Below are positions 53,149-63,471 of a stretch of 64,000 bases of DNA, in pieces (position 1 is the stretch's first letter; each line of letters begins with the position of its first letter). The notes beneath the pieces are model-generated. The model was not told the origin of the DNA and did not search any database. It saw nothing but the letters and a program-made list of their open reading frames with translations. This DNA comes from Andalucia godoyi And28. Lineage: Eukaryota; Protista; Jakobida. The translations under genes were made by a program, and so were the position numbers. Location: assembly GCA_009859145.1 (NCBI GenBank), contig VRVR01000044.1, positions 124,001 to 188,000 on the forward strand, in the 5' to 3' direction.

Positions 53149-53620
53149 AGAATTATTAGAGACAGAGAATGACTCGACGAGCGATGCTCAAGCTTTCGCC
53201 AATAGCCTATTCCCCGCGCTTTATTTCTTGTTAATTAATCACTAGTTATTGAACCCTCGTCATGCTATCTGTCCTGCCTCTAGAGCCATTGTAATAATTA
53301 TTAAGATACAAAAAAAACCCCAAACACACACACTCGCATGAATTGAATTTGAAGCAGCATTTGCAAAGTACGATGCAGAGGGTGTTGGGTGGCGAACTCA
53401 GTATTACTACTACAAGGAGGGGGAATTCCAGGTCTGCTCATTTCGGCTTTTACTTTTGGCGTTTCTCTCCAACCGACTAGTCTGGATCACCGAGAAAGAG
53501 AAGGCATGTGTATCGGCAGGTTTTTGCTCCTCTGGCCAAAGCGGCACAAGACAGCAGGTCCGTAACGAAGAAGCGAAAGAAAGACCATCATCTTCTACTA
53601 CTACCACCACCACTACTGCT

Positions 53621-54553
53621 ACCGCTGCCACTTATTGCGGTATGATGAAGCAATCCAAAGCGCACGCAAACAAACACACTGCCACGCTCCATGCGCATGC
53701 GCATGCGTTTGTTACGGTATCTTGAGCAACTCCGTCACACGATGCCCTATTCGTTTTGCCCCATTGTGATCATGAAATCCCTATAAACACGCCACCGCGT
53801 TTGCATTCTCGCACAGCGACGCTCATTTCTTATTTTTATTGTTATTTTTATTGTCCATGCAACGCACCATGTACGTCACGCCCGCAACGCTGCGCAAGAC
53901 CCATGACATCTCCACCGCCGCCGCCGGAGCGATCCGCAGCATCCACGCCAGCTCCCATCGCATGCACTGCCTCGCAGACGACGAACGCGCCATCATCACC
54001 TGTTTCGTTGCTCGCCACATGGACAGCGCAGCGCCGAAAGCAGCCGCAAAAAGAGCCCGCGGCGAGAGCAGTGAACGTGAAGATGCACCCGTCGACGAGC
54101 CAGAGATCAGCTCTGCGAAGGCGGCTCGGCGCAGCGCGCTGGATCTACAACGCAGGTCTCGTGGCCGTCCGCGAAAGAAACGCGTCTCGCTCAACATCAA
54201 GGCGCTGCGCGCACTGCTTCTCAACAGTGCTTCTGAGACTGTGCAGCAACATCCATGGCTAGCAGCAGCGGTACCATGCGACGATGCGTGACGATGCGCT
54301 GCGCAGAGCAGCGCTACTCGATGAAACGCGCGCAGCTGCGTATCTTTGAAAAGGTGCGCAACCTGTCGGCCGACATGTGTCGATTGTGACGGAGGAGTAC
54401 ACGTCTGAAGCATGCGGCCGTTGCGGGGGAAATCCATCGCAAGTTGTGTGGAAACAAGGTGTGTTTTGTTACCCATCGTGCAAGCACACGCTCGACCGCG
54501 ATTGGAACGGCGCGCGCAACATCTACATCTGTGTTAAGAACGTCTCTCATGCC
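53621..54553 (+). mobile_element. Internally deleted IS607-type TnpA + Fanzor2 element, copy D, right end missing
   Basis: The left end is shared with copy B. TnpA remnants: MYVTPATLRKTHDIST..AGAIRSI and AIITCFVARH. Fanzor remnants: PAARAVNVKMHPSTSQRSALRRRLGAARWIYNAGL, LNIKALRALLLNS..QHPWL..VPCD/MRDDALR, RYSMKRAQLRIFEKVRNL, IVTEEYTSEACGRCG, FCYPSCKHTLDRDWNGARNIYI. Homology to copy B stops at CGTCTCTCATGCC. Confidence 0.88.
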
Positions 54554-54638
54554 TTCGGCTCCTTCTTCTCGGTTACGGACAGAAAATCATTGGATTTGTT
54601 TATCACTAGCATTGATAACATGTAATATTAATAATTGT

Positions 54639-57600
54639 CTAATGTTTGGAACCGCCATGGGGGCTGTGCCTCCGGAGTGCGGAAGGTGGGTGGTATCTGC
54701 CCTGCGTACCTTCTCTGATCACATTGACAAGCTGCTCCAGCAACACAGGCTTCGACAGGAAGCAGTCAAATCCTGAATTCTGTGCTGCAATCCGATCCTC
54801 CTCGAGGGCACTTGCAGTGACCGCGGCAATGTATGGTCGCACGATGCTCCCGACAGACGCGGCCTTGTCACGATGCAGCGTTCGAATGTTGTTGCATGCC
54901 TCAAGGCCACCCATCACAGGCATCTGCAGATCAAGCAAGACAACATCAAAGGTCAATGGGCTTAATGCATTGTTCGATGCTGCCATTGCGGTGGTTGGGG
55001 ATCCAGCAACTTTTAGTGCAGGAACGGAAGACGACTTCCTGGACATGAGGACTTGGTCCAGCGAGTCGGAAAACACGTTCACTGCCTTTTGTCCGTCATC
55101 CACAAGAATATAGTGGACGGACGGCTGCAATCCGAGTTTGCGCAGCATCGCGCCAAGAACCTTTTGGTTGATTGGGTCATCCTCTGCACAGAGCACACGC
55201 ACAGGCCTGCTCTTGTTGGAAGCCACTGCAGACGGGAGGACAAGAGACGGAGCGGCAGAAAAAGCGGATGAACAAGAAAGAGACAGACTGGGAACAACCC
55301 GAGGACTTGGGGCCGCGGGACTCGATGAGTTGCCTGCACTCGAAGAACTGCTGGTGCCACTGCTGCTTGACGTGGATCGCTGCTGTGAACGGCCAGACGG
55401 TTGTGGTGCATTCGACTGTCGCTTTGAACTCGGTTTCTTTTCGTGGCCCCTCTTCGAAGCTTCCGACTGGAATTCATTTTCCAAACGCCGTCCTACATCC
55501 GGGTGCTGCAAACCAATGGCTGCGTCGACGGTGAAAGACGCAGGCGGAGGAAGCGCAGTTACAGGGATCTCAATGCGAACTAGAGTTCCCTCATCTTCGG
55601 AAGAGTCAATAAAGACATTGCCACCCAGGCGTTGAACCATCCAGACCACTAACGACAATCCAAAGGAAAAGCTGCGTTTCTGATGCAGAGGGACATCACC
55701 ATCGCATTTCTCTTCGGATGCATAGCCAGGACTTGGAGAGGACGCTGTTGAAGAGGAAAATTGAGATACAGGCGGAGAGAGAGGTGACGCCGTCTTCCCC
55801 GTGTTCCCTGGGGTCAAGCCAAAGCTCGACCGCCCCGCTGAGCTCGAGAACGCTGGCTGATTTGCCACAAAGGAAGCCGCAGACGCCGCCACATTGGAAG
55901 CGGTTGCTGCCGACGCCGATGCCGAAGCTACATTGTTCGTTGACAAGGACAGGTTCCGGAAGGAACCATGTTTTGAGCCGACTGACGTTGTCGCACTCAT
56001 CGGCGGTGCCGAGTCGGACGAGAAGGACGCCGGATCCTGCTGTGGAAACTGTTGTCCGGCGACGTTTGGAGCAACAGCATCTGGTCGAGGGTCCGCTGCA
56101 CGCCCGTGGTCAATCGAAACATTTTGAAGTGTGGATCCGAGAACCTCAAGATGCTCGAGTTCGAGTTGTGAAAGGCCAAATCCGTCATCCCGGATCGAAA
56201 TTTGCAAGTTCATCTTCTCCGCTGCCTCATCTGCAGGGGAGGACGGTTCCAGTTGCGTCGGGCCAGCCGACTCATCAGAGGCACACGGGGCTACATGAAC
56301 TGCAATCTCCACGAGCCGGGACTTGGACGACCGGAATGCAACGCTCAGCACATTCGCTAAGCACAGTCCAAGGCGACTTCCGTCCACGCGTATCCTATCC
56401 GGCACGTCCGGAGAAATCACGCACTGAACCCTGACAGGAGGCACTGGATCTTGCGCTTCAAGCTGCTGCAAACCATCAGAATCGTTCCCAGTCTCTGTGT
56501 CCCGAATCGACGGTTCACTGTCGCAGTCGGATTCGGAGGACCGACACAGTCCCAGCCTTTTGCCTGCCAAAGCGGGCCTCAAGGCCGCATCGGGACTCGA
56601 ATCTTCCTGACGTGACACTTCTGTACAAAACGAACCTTGCAATGACGAGGCAGGGGATGCCGGAGAGGGGTCTGTCAGAATCTTCGAAATCACTTCCCCT
56701 GACGCAACATCTGCTTCAGAATACCGAGCATGCACATTTCTGGCAAGATTCAATGCCTGTCGAATCATCGTACGAATATCGACGACTTCGTTCAAGACCG
56801 AGAGCGTGCCGGAGGCCAGTTTTGCAAAAGCAATGAGATTTTCGAAAATCAACAGAATTTCATCTGCTGCACTCGACACATGCGAGACATGCTGCCGAAC
56901 GTAGGGCAACTGCATGGCAGGTTCTTCGAGCGACAGCAGCTCGACAGAACCCCGTATTGCATGAATTGGGGTCCTCACTTCCTCTCCGATCGCAGACAGG
57001 AACGCATCTCTGGTTGCCAACTGTTTGTTCTTGCGTATCTCGTCTTCCTTTTGAGCAGTAATATCCCTACCAATCACGTATTCATACACTGGCTCTGCCG
57101 ACAAACTTGAAGAAACTCCTATACGCGCGCCTGCAGAATCACGATCTTTTGCTTCCGAAGTGCCGACGCTTGTCCAGGACATCCAAATAACAGAGCCATC
57201 CTTCCTCCGGACGCGGTTTTCTCGATAGGACGGCTTGTCGATACCGTATTGCTTCGTCATTTCGACATCCGAGTCCACAACGAATCTCAAAAACGAGCCG
57301 TTGCGTATCTCCTCAATAGGATAGCCAATGGTGTTCGCCAGTGACTGATTGCAAAACACAACTGAATAGGTTTGCTGGTTGGCAACAACGAAGCTCTCTG
57401 ATGAATTAGTCCAAAATTTGCGAAGCATGTCCTGCTCCCGTTCCAGCGACAAGACTTTGCTCACGTCACTACAAACGGCTGTCCAGATCCCGAGATCGGG
57501 GATCCGCCGACAGTTCCATCGAACAATGACCTCTCTGCCCGATCGAAGACGATACCTTACATCCAAGTCTTTGACCACATCTTGACCGGCAAACATATGC

Positions 57601-58709
57601 TGGCAGTCGTCCAAGGGGGATCGGTTCTCGTAGTCGTTCCACTCTCCAGTGTGGAAATTGAGAGTCCCAACAACCAGCCGCACGATTCCATGCCCAAGCA
57701 GTTCTTCTTTGGTCGAATCCAGCATGTGGCACATCGTGGAGTTAATGTCGAGGATACGCAGTGAGTGGTCTTCGAGAATGACAGCGCCATTCACGGTTCC
57801 GTGCCAGAAATTCTTCGCTACTTGCAAAAAATGCTTGTCTGACTCGAAGAAATCCATTTGTCGCATGCACACCACAGCAACATCATTTTTCTGCGGATAT
57901 GATAGTGTGACAGAGAACTTTGCTCCTCGGAAGAGAAGTTCGCGAGGTCCAAACAAGGTGTCGAAGCGCGAGAAATCCAATGCCAAGAAACTCACCAGAC
58001 CTTCCACAAACGTCGGATCTCGGAACGCCACGTTCAATTCAAAACACCCGGTGCACGGGACGTGCAACAGCGAAACGGCAGTGTGATTTAGAAACAATGT
58101 ACGTTGCCGAGTGCGGTCGATTACAACAACGGCGTCCGGGATGTTATTATACAGTTCGAAGCCAGTCATGACCAATTCTGGAACGGCATGATTTCGTGCT
58201 GCCGTTGCTGGGGCGGATTTTCCCAGAGCCGCAGCATCAGCTGACCCGCCAGTTCCTGTCGACTCGCTGAGCACTCTTGCCGGTACTAGTACTTGCTCAG
58301 GCGGGGCGATGCCGCTGTCCGAGTCACTTGGCTGCCGAAAACAGGAGAAAATGACAATTGCATTCTGCGTAGAGACATCGATGGACACGTAGATGCGGGC
58401 CATGCAAAGCGGGCCGGTTTCTGAAAATGCAGGGATCCGGAGCAGCACTTCCGTGTCAAAACCCGAGAGATTCACGGCATTGAGGACCACTTGTGACCAA
58501 CTGATTCCTGGAAACAGCTTTGCAGCAGTCAGACTCGGCAGGTCCACACAATCAACCCCCTTCGACTGAGCATCCTGAGTCCGAAATAACTTCTCTCGAA
58601 GGCGAGAGTTTGCATAGACAGGGCTTCCAGAACGAGTAAACAGTCCAGCAGGAAGCGGCAGTTCCGCGAGAAAATGCTCGACATTCGGCAGTGACAGCCC
58701 AGACGACAT
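54639..58709 (-). CDS. Multi-PAS hybrid histidine kinase-like protein with degenerate H, N and G2 boxes and an intact receiver domain
   Basis: PAS/PAC (VFCNQSLANTIGYPIEEI...RVRRKDGSVIWM...GRDITAQK), H-box FLSAIGEEVRTPIHAI, G1 IRDDGFGL, G2 FSFGLSLVVWMVQRLGG, REC VLCAEDDPINQKV...DVVLLDLQMPVMGGLEA...AVTA...FLSKP. Confidence 0.92.
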   Translation of the reverse strand: MSSGLSLPNVEHFLAELPLPAGLFTRSGSPVYANSRLREKLFRTQDAQSKGVDCVDLPSLTAAKLFPGISWSQVVLNAVNLSGFDTEVLLRIPAFSETGPLCMARIYVSIDVSTQNAIVIFSCFRQPSDSDSGIAPPEQVLVPARVLSESTGTGGSADAAALGKSAPATAARNHAVPELVMTGFELYNNIPDAVVVIDRTRQRTLFLNHTAVSLLHVPCTGCFELNVAFRDPTFVEGLVSFLALDFSRFDTLFGPRELLFRGAKFSVTLSYPQKNDVAVVCMRQMDFFESDKHFLQVAKNFWHGTVNGAVILEDHSLRILDINSTMCHMLDSTKEELLGHGIVRLVVGTLNFHTGEWNDYENRSPLDDCQHMFAGQDVVKDLDVRYRLRSGREVIVRWNCRRIPDLGIWTAVCSDVSKVLSLEREQDMLRKFWTNSSESFVVANQQTYSVVFCNQSLANTIGYPIEEIRNGSFLRFVVDSDVEMTKQYGIDKPSYRENRVRRKDGSVIWMSWTSVGTSEAKDRDSAGARIGVSSSLSAEPVYEYVIGRDITAQKEDEIRKNKQLATRDAFLSAIGEEVRTPIHAIRGSVELLSLEEPAMQLPYVRQHVSHVSSAADEILLIFENLIAFAKLASGTLSVLNEVVDIRTMIRQALNLARNVHARYSEADVASGEVISKILTDPSPASPASSLQGSFCTEVSRQEDSSPDAALRPALAGKRLGLCRSSESDCDSEPSIRDTETGNDSDGLQQLEAQDPVPPVRVQCVISPDVPDRIRVDGSRLGLCLANVLSVAFRSSKSRLVEIAVHVAPCASDESAGPTQLEPSSPADEAAEKMNLQISIRDDGFGLSQLELEHLEVLGSTLQNVSIDHGRAADPRPDAVAPNVAGQQFPQQDPASFSSDSAPPMSATTSVGSKHGSFRNLSLSTNNVASASASAATASNVAASAASFVANQPAFSSSAGRSSFGLTPGNTGKTASPLSPPVSQFSSSTASSPSPGYASEEKCDGDVPLHQKRSFSFGLSLVVWMVQRLGGNVFIDSSEDEGTLVRIEIPVTALPPPASFTVDAAIGLQHPDVGRRLENEFQSEASKRGHEKKPSSKRQSNAPQPSGRSQQRSTSSSSGTSSSSSAGNSSSPAAPSPRVVPSLSLSCSSAFSAAPSLVLPSAVASNKSRPVRVLCAEDDPINQKVLGAMLRKLGLQPSVHYILVDDGQKAVNVFSDSLDQVLMSRKSSSVPALKVAGSPTTAMAASNNALSPLTFDVVLLDLQMPVMGGLEACNNIRTLHRDKAASVGSIVRPYIAAVTASALEEDRIAAQNSGFDCFLSKPVLLEQLVNVIREGTQGRYHPPSALRRHSPHGGSKH

Positions 58710-58964
58710 CCCAACGCTCTCCGACGCTCTCCAACAGTCCACTCTCTCCTCAAATCAGCCCTGCAGCAGGATGACGAAGAAAGTCGAAAGACAAAATGAA
58801 AACCAAAAAAATATGCCCAAAAACTACTCAAGCCGAAACCCCAAATCCAACAAGTCAGTCAGTCCGATTTTGTTTCTGACGTACGTAGCAAACAATCCAA
58901 CGTTCACAGACCAAGTGTTTCACTGCTCGTTTCAAGATAAGAAGTGGCGATGACGACAACGACG

Positions 58965-58995
<31 letters not shown>

Positions 58996-59193
58996 ACAAA
59001 AAAAATAGACGAATGAAAAGGGTATTTAATTTGATGTAGTGATTAGAAAGAGAAGAATACAATGACGCCATATATGTATATATATATATATATTTCCTTT
59101 TCCTTTTTCCTTTTTCCTTTTTCCCTCCCCTTTTTACTTTCTTTCATCTCGACACTTTGGGACGTTCCGGCATTCGACTTGGGGCCGTAGCAA

Positions 59194-59778
59194 ATGGCGT
59201 CTATGAACGAGTGGTATCAGTAGCGTAAAGGCCATTTCATCGCACAAGGAAAAACGGAAGATCCGAGAAGAAAAGAAGCGACCGGCGAGACACGACTTGG
59301 TGAGGGCTGATCGTATGCTCCGGCAGAGCAGCAGCATGGGTCTGCTCGTTTATATGAGTGTGTGCTTGTTCGAGTTGGATTCTTGCCGCACTGCCGTACT
59401 TGTCGCTGATCAGCTCCGACACGTCGGACAAATCCCGTCGTCCCAGAGCGGCAAAACTGCCGACCAGAGCGCCCGCTGTTTTTCTCGGTTGGTTTGTTGT
59501 TCCTAATCCATTTTTTTTTGTTTGGGCCTTTGGGTTTTTGGGTTTTTGGGTTTGGGTTTTGGTTTGCTCTCGCTTCTCGGTGGCTTGTCGGAACAAAAGG
59601 GATGAATGACACAGATGCCGAGCTCATGAGAAAAGTACAGGCTCTCTCCCGCGAGGAGCGCAGGAGGATCATCTACTGCATCAACAAGCAGAGATCGGAT
59701 GCAGAAAAAGAGGCGTTTGAACGGTACCGACGCTCCAAACAAGCCGGTGATTCTGTGAATGGAGACTTTGCTGTGTAA
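59194..59778 (+). CDS. Small basic hypothetical protein, 5' structure unresolved (probable intron 59313-59599)
   Basis: The GTATGC donor, CTAAT branch and AG acceptor join ...KIREEKKRPARHDLVRAD-R-MNDTDAELMRK... in frame, but the ATG at 59194 is one base out of frame. Confidence 0.35.
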
Positions 59779-59881
59779 TCGGAAATGCAAGACACGAAAA
59801 ATAAAGGAAAAAGAAAACAGAGCAAGAAACTGAGTGTGGTTCTTAAAGAAAATGTGGCAAATCCATTTTTTCTACATTTAT

Positions 59882-61462
59882 TTATGTGTTGCTGCTAATG
59901 CCATGGCCATTTCCGTTGCTTCTGCTGGTTGTAACGGGGCTCGGTTGGGAGCTTTCGATGATGCGGAAGGAACAGGGTGACGACGACGACGACGAACGCT
60001 CGGTGTTTTCGTCGTGCTGGTGGTGGTGATGATGGGCTTTGGTGTCGTCAAAGCAGGGCACCGTTCCCGGACGAGTCCGCGTGACCCACGGTGGACGGAA
60101 CACGAAGCAGCAAAGGTTCCTCGCGAGATCCATAATCCCCCAGTTTTCGGGGACCTTGACGAGACGGAAGCTCTGTGCGACACTGTGGGACCTGGCAAAC
60201 ATGTTCATGTAGGCTGTGACGGCATTCCTCATGCCTCCGTCCACGATGCTGTCCTTTGCAACGACGAACCGAATCAGAATCCGGTCTGCATCGTCGCCTT
60301 GTACGGAGACCACGGCAGCGGACCAGTCTTTTGCAAGCGCTGTGCGGCACTGTGTCAAGCACTCGTGCATCAATGCTCGCGTAGGGAGACTGGCGGACTT
60401 TTCCGCACTCGATTTGAACGGGCCTGCCAGGATCTTTGCATCTTCAATCAGCTTGTTCTTCACAATCTCTTGATGAATGAGATGGACAGGGTTAGGGATG
60501 TAATCCGGATGAGGAGCGACGGGTCCTCCGTGTCCAACTGCTGGCACAAACGATCGAATGTGCCCAGCCGCCTTCACCTTTTCGTGGTTCTGTCTGAGCT
60601 CCTGACGCCTTTGCTCCTTCAGTCCCATTTCAACTGCCTGTGGCACATATTCCGGCAACGAAAACAGACCTGGAATCCCAGACTTTCGAGTTGGCGAAAC
60701 ACACCGTTGTGGATTCGAAAAGACTGATTTCCCAGTTGCACTCAGCTTGCTTGCACGTCCACCACCACCACCACCACCACCACCACCACCACCACCACCA
60801 CTACTACTACTACTGCCAGCATCACCGACGATCACTGGTCCGTCTGTTGACAGAGCCATACTAGACACACGGACACCCGATGCCGTCGAATTCATGGATG
60901 CTGAGACAGGCGGAGATGGCGGAGGACTAGAAGACACAATCAAGCTTGGCTGGATCCCTAGCCATGGCTCCTGTTTTCTCCCCACTGGCGCTCGTCCGTT
61001 CAAGGGAGAAACAGCCACGACCATCTCTACTTCTCGATCGAACGCCGCATTGGTGCCGTCCAGCTCCGCAATACCGGTATGCTGCATAGCAAGCTGTGTA
61101 TCGGACTGATAGCCGTGGTCGTATATGCAGCTAAACACGTTCTGCGTTCTCGAGAGCACTTCGCGGTGGTGTTCCGTATCCTGAATCTTGATCTCTCGAA
61201 CCAGAGATCGCTTCATCTCGGACTTGAACTCCGGCTTAATCACTTCGGGAATCGACTTTGTCAGCGACGTAAAATTGGAAGGAACAAACGCCTGCTGGAT
61301 GACCTCGCATTCCGTATTGATATAATCCGGCAGCACTATACCATTTGAGAAAAACAAGTCGGAGAAAACACAACGAACAACAGATCCAAAATATGCATTA
61401 GTACTGGTAACGGGTGACAACGGTGATGAGGACGATGACGACATGTTCATAGTCGAGTACAA
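59882..61462 (-). CDS. Hypothetical protein
   Basis: 526-aa ORF with a poly-Gly linker and an ordered-looking C-terminal half; family not recognised. Confidence 0.7.
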   Translation of the reverse strand: MYSTMNMSSSSSSPLSPVTSTNAYFGSVVRCVFSDLFFSNGIVLPDYINTECEVIQQAFVPSNFTSLTKSIPEVIKPEFKSEMKRSLVREIKIQDTEHHREVLSRTQNVFSCIYDHGYQSDTQLAMQHTGIAELDGTNAAFDREVEMVVAVSPLNGRAPVGRKQEPWLGIQPSLIVSSSPPPSPPVSASMNSTASGVRVSSMALSTDGPVIVGDAGSSSSSGGGGGGGGGGGGGGRASKLSATGKSVFSNPQRCVSPTRKSGIPGLFSLPEYVPQAVEMGLKEQRRQELRQNHEKVKAAGHIRSFVPAVGHGGPVAPHPDYIPNPVHLIHQEIVKNKLIEDAKILAGPFKSSAEKSASLPTRALMHECLTQCRTALAKDWSAAVVSVQGDDADRILIRFVVAKDSIVDGGMRNAVTAYMNMFARSHSVAQSFRLVKVPENWGIMDLARNLCCFVFRPPWVTRTRPGTVPCFDDTKAHHHHHQHDENTERSSSSSSPCSFRIIESSQPSPVTTSRSNGNGHGISSNT

Positions 61463-62085
61463 ACACTACCAAAATTTTAAAAAACAAAAATAACAACTAT
61501 ATAATAAAATAAAGAGGAAAAAATAATGATGCAAAAAAAAACAAAAAAAACATACGTGACGCGGTGTTCGGTAATGCATAGTGTGGAAGCTTCCCACTTC
61601 TTCCTGAATTCAAATGTGTGACGGAAGCAGGAGCACTCAGATCTCCACTCATTCTCCCTTTAATAGAACAAAGAGCGGGCTCTTTTTCTTCTGACTTGGC
61701 TGCCCCCCAAGAAGCGAAATCCAGAGAATAAACAATAACGATTGGAATAACAACAATCAGAATCCAAAAAATAAAAAAGAAAAGAAAAGAAAAGAAAAGA
61801 GAAGAAAAGTTGGCTCTCGCGGCAATTGGCGGGGTGGGGAGGACGTGCAATTGGCCCCTGCCGTAGTTTGCACTCGCCAGAAACCCGAATGGCGGGGAAA
61901 AATCATTCCGAGAAATTGCCCGATTCTCCTTACAGCTTTTCTGTACACTGCGCTTACAGTCGGCAGCAATCAGAAACGAGCGCACTTTTTAGTTTCCTGC
62001 TTTTGGTGATTTCTTCATCTGATGTTTTTTCATCTGCAATTCTTTTCGATTCCATCTTCATGTGACTCACACAGCACAGCACACC

Positions 62086-62119
<34 letters not shown>

Positions 62120-62145
62120 GAATAAGAAGGGAAAAGAAGGCAGAA

Positions 62146-63369
62146 ATGGACGACGATCGAATAGTTGCAATTGTGGCGCAGTTTCTTGAAGAGCGAGGAT
62201 TCAAAGAAACGTTGGCATCACTGACCGTGGAATATGGACAAGAGCCGAACGCCGAGCTTGTTTCTCGAGGCTCTGAGCTTATTGCGCGCTTGACGTCCGA
62301 CTATGACCGCGAGCTTGCTGCAGAACTGGAGGGTCTTTCTGTGGACGGTGGCATGGGGTTTTCCGCAAACGCGAGAAGCGACGCTTCGAAATCAATGTCG
62401 TTTGCAGAACTTGACGCCAGGCCGTCTTCTGCACCTGTCTCCACGCTTCGGTACTGCATGAAGGACTACCACAAAGGAAACATGCTTTGCGTCAAGTTCA
62501 TGGAGTCAGGAGGCCAAGACCTTGTTCTTACGGGTGGGGCAGACAAACAGGTCTGCATAGTGGATTATGAGAATTCGAGCGTGCGGTCGTCGTTGAACGG
62601 GTTCCAATCTGCGGTGTTGGAAGTCGATTTGCATCCCGTGCAGAAAAAAAAGATGCTTGCGGCAGAAATGGCTGGGTTTTTCTCGACGTTTGATCTCGAG
62701 ACTGGGACGAGGCTGTTTGCAGAAAAGTACTCCATCAAGTACATAAACCGATGTGTGTTTTCGCCAGATGGGAAGTACTTTGCAGTTGGATCGTACGACC
62801 ATACTGTTGCTGTCTACTCCGCGGAGGACATGAGCAATCCTGCTCGGATTCGCGACTTTAAGTTCCCCTCCACTGTCGAGTCCATGGTATTTACGCCCGA
62901 CTCCAGAACGTTGATTGCTGCCGTTCGAGATGACTGCTACTTGAGCTACATCCAGATGGCCACCATGACCATCGACAAGGTGAACATGAATGCCAACGGA
63001 GACGAACACTGCTCGTTCAACATCATGGATCTTGTCGTGCATCCAGAAGGCAAGTACTTGCTGTCGTGCACAGACCGCTCGCGCCTCATCATGACGACGA
63101 CGGACAGGGCCTTGCACGCAAGAAACTTCTATGGCTGCGTCAACGACGAGTATTCGATGCCGCGGTGCGCTTTTGATCCGAAGAAGGAATACGTGTACGC
63201 GTCGAGTCAGGACCGCAAGGTGTATGTGTGGGATGTCTTTAATCAAAGCGTCGTACAGAAGTTGGATCACGATGGTGAGATTGTGCGAGACATTGATTTG
63301 CACCCGTCCGGCAACCTCCTGGCGACGGTTGGATTTGGAAAGACGCTCCGCATTTTCCACAGAGCATAA
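62146..63369 (+). CDS. LisH + WD40-repeat protein
   Basis: LisH-like IVAQFLEERGFKETLASL; WD repeats (VLTGGADKQVCIVD, AVGSYDHTVAVY, YASSQDRKVYVWD, LATVGFGKTLRIF). Confidence 0.88.
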   Translation: MDDDRIVAIVAQFLEERGFKETLASLTVEYGQEPNAELVSRGSELIARLTSDYDRELAAELEGLSVDGGMGFSANARSDASKSMSFAELDARPSSAPVSTLRYCMKDYHKGNMLCVKFMESGGQDLVLTGGADKQVCIVDYENSSVRSSLNGFQSAVLEVDLHPVQKKKMLAAEMAGFFSTFDLETGTRLFAEKYSIKYINRCVFSPDGKYFAVGSYDHTVAVYSAEDMSNPARIRDFKFPSTVESMVFTPDSRTLIAAVRDDCYLSYIQMATMTIDKVNMNANGDEHCSFNIMDLVVHPEGKYLLSCTDRSRLIMTTTDRALHARNFYGCVNDEYSMPRCAFDPKKEYVYASSQDRKVYVWDVFNQSVVQKLDHDGEIVRDIDLHPSGNLLATVGFGKTLRIFHRA

Positions 63370-63471
63370 AAATTTCGCACGATTAGAACGATTGCTTTCC
63401 TCCTGTAATCCATCTCCTGTTCTCTCTCCTGCTTCATGCGTGCGTGCACAGTCCGCAGCGCAATCCAGCAA

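Noticed and set aside
53621-53631. Apparent match of the copy C flank (GCGCTGCCAC) to CCGCTGCCAC at the copy D left end, a possible self-targeting guide
   Set aside because: Only 9 nt match and they are out of register with the proposed TAM/guide boundary.
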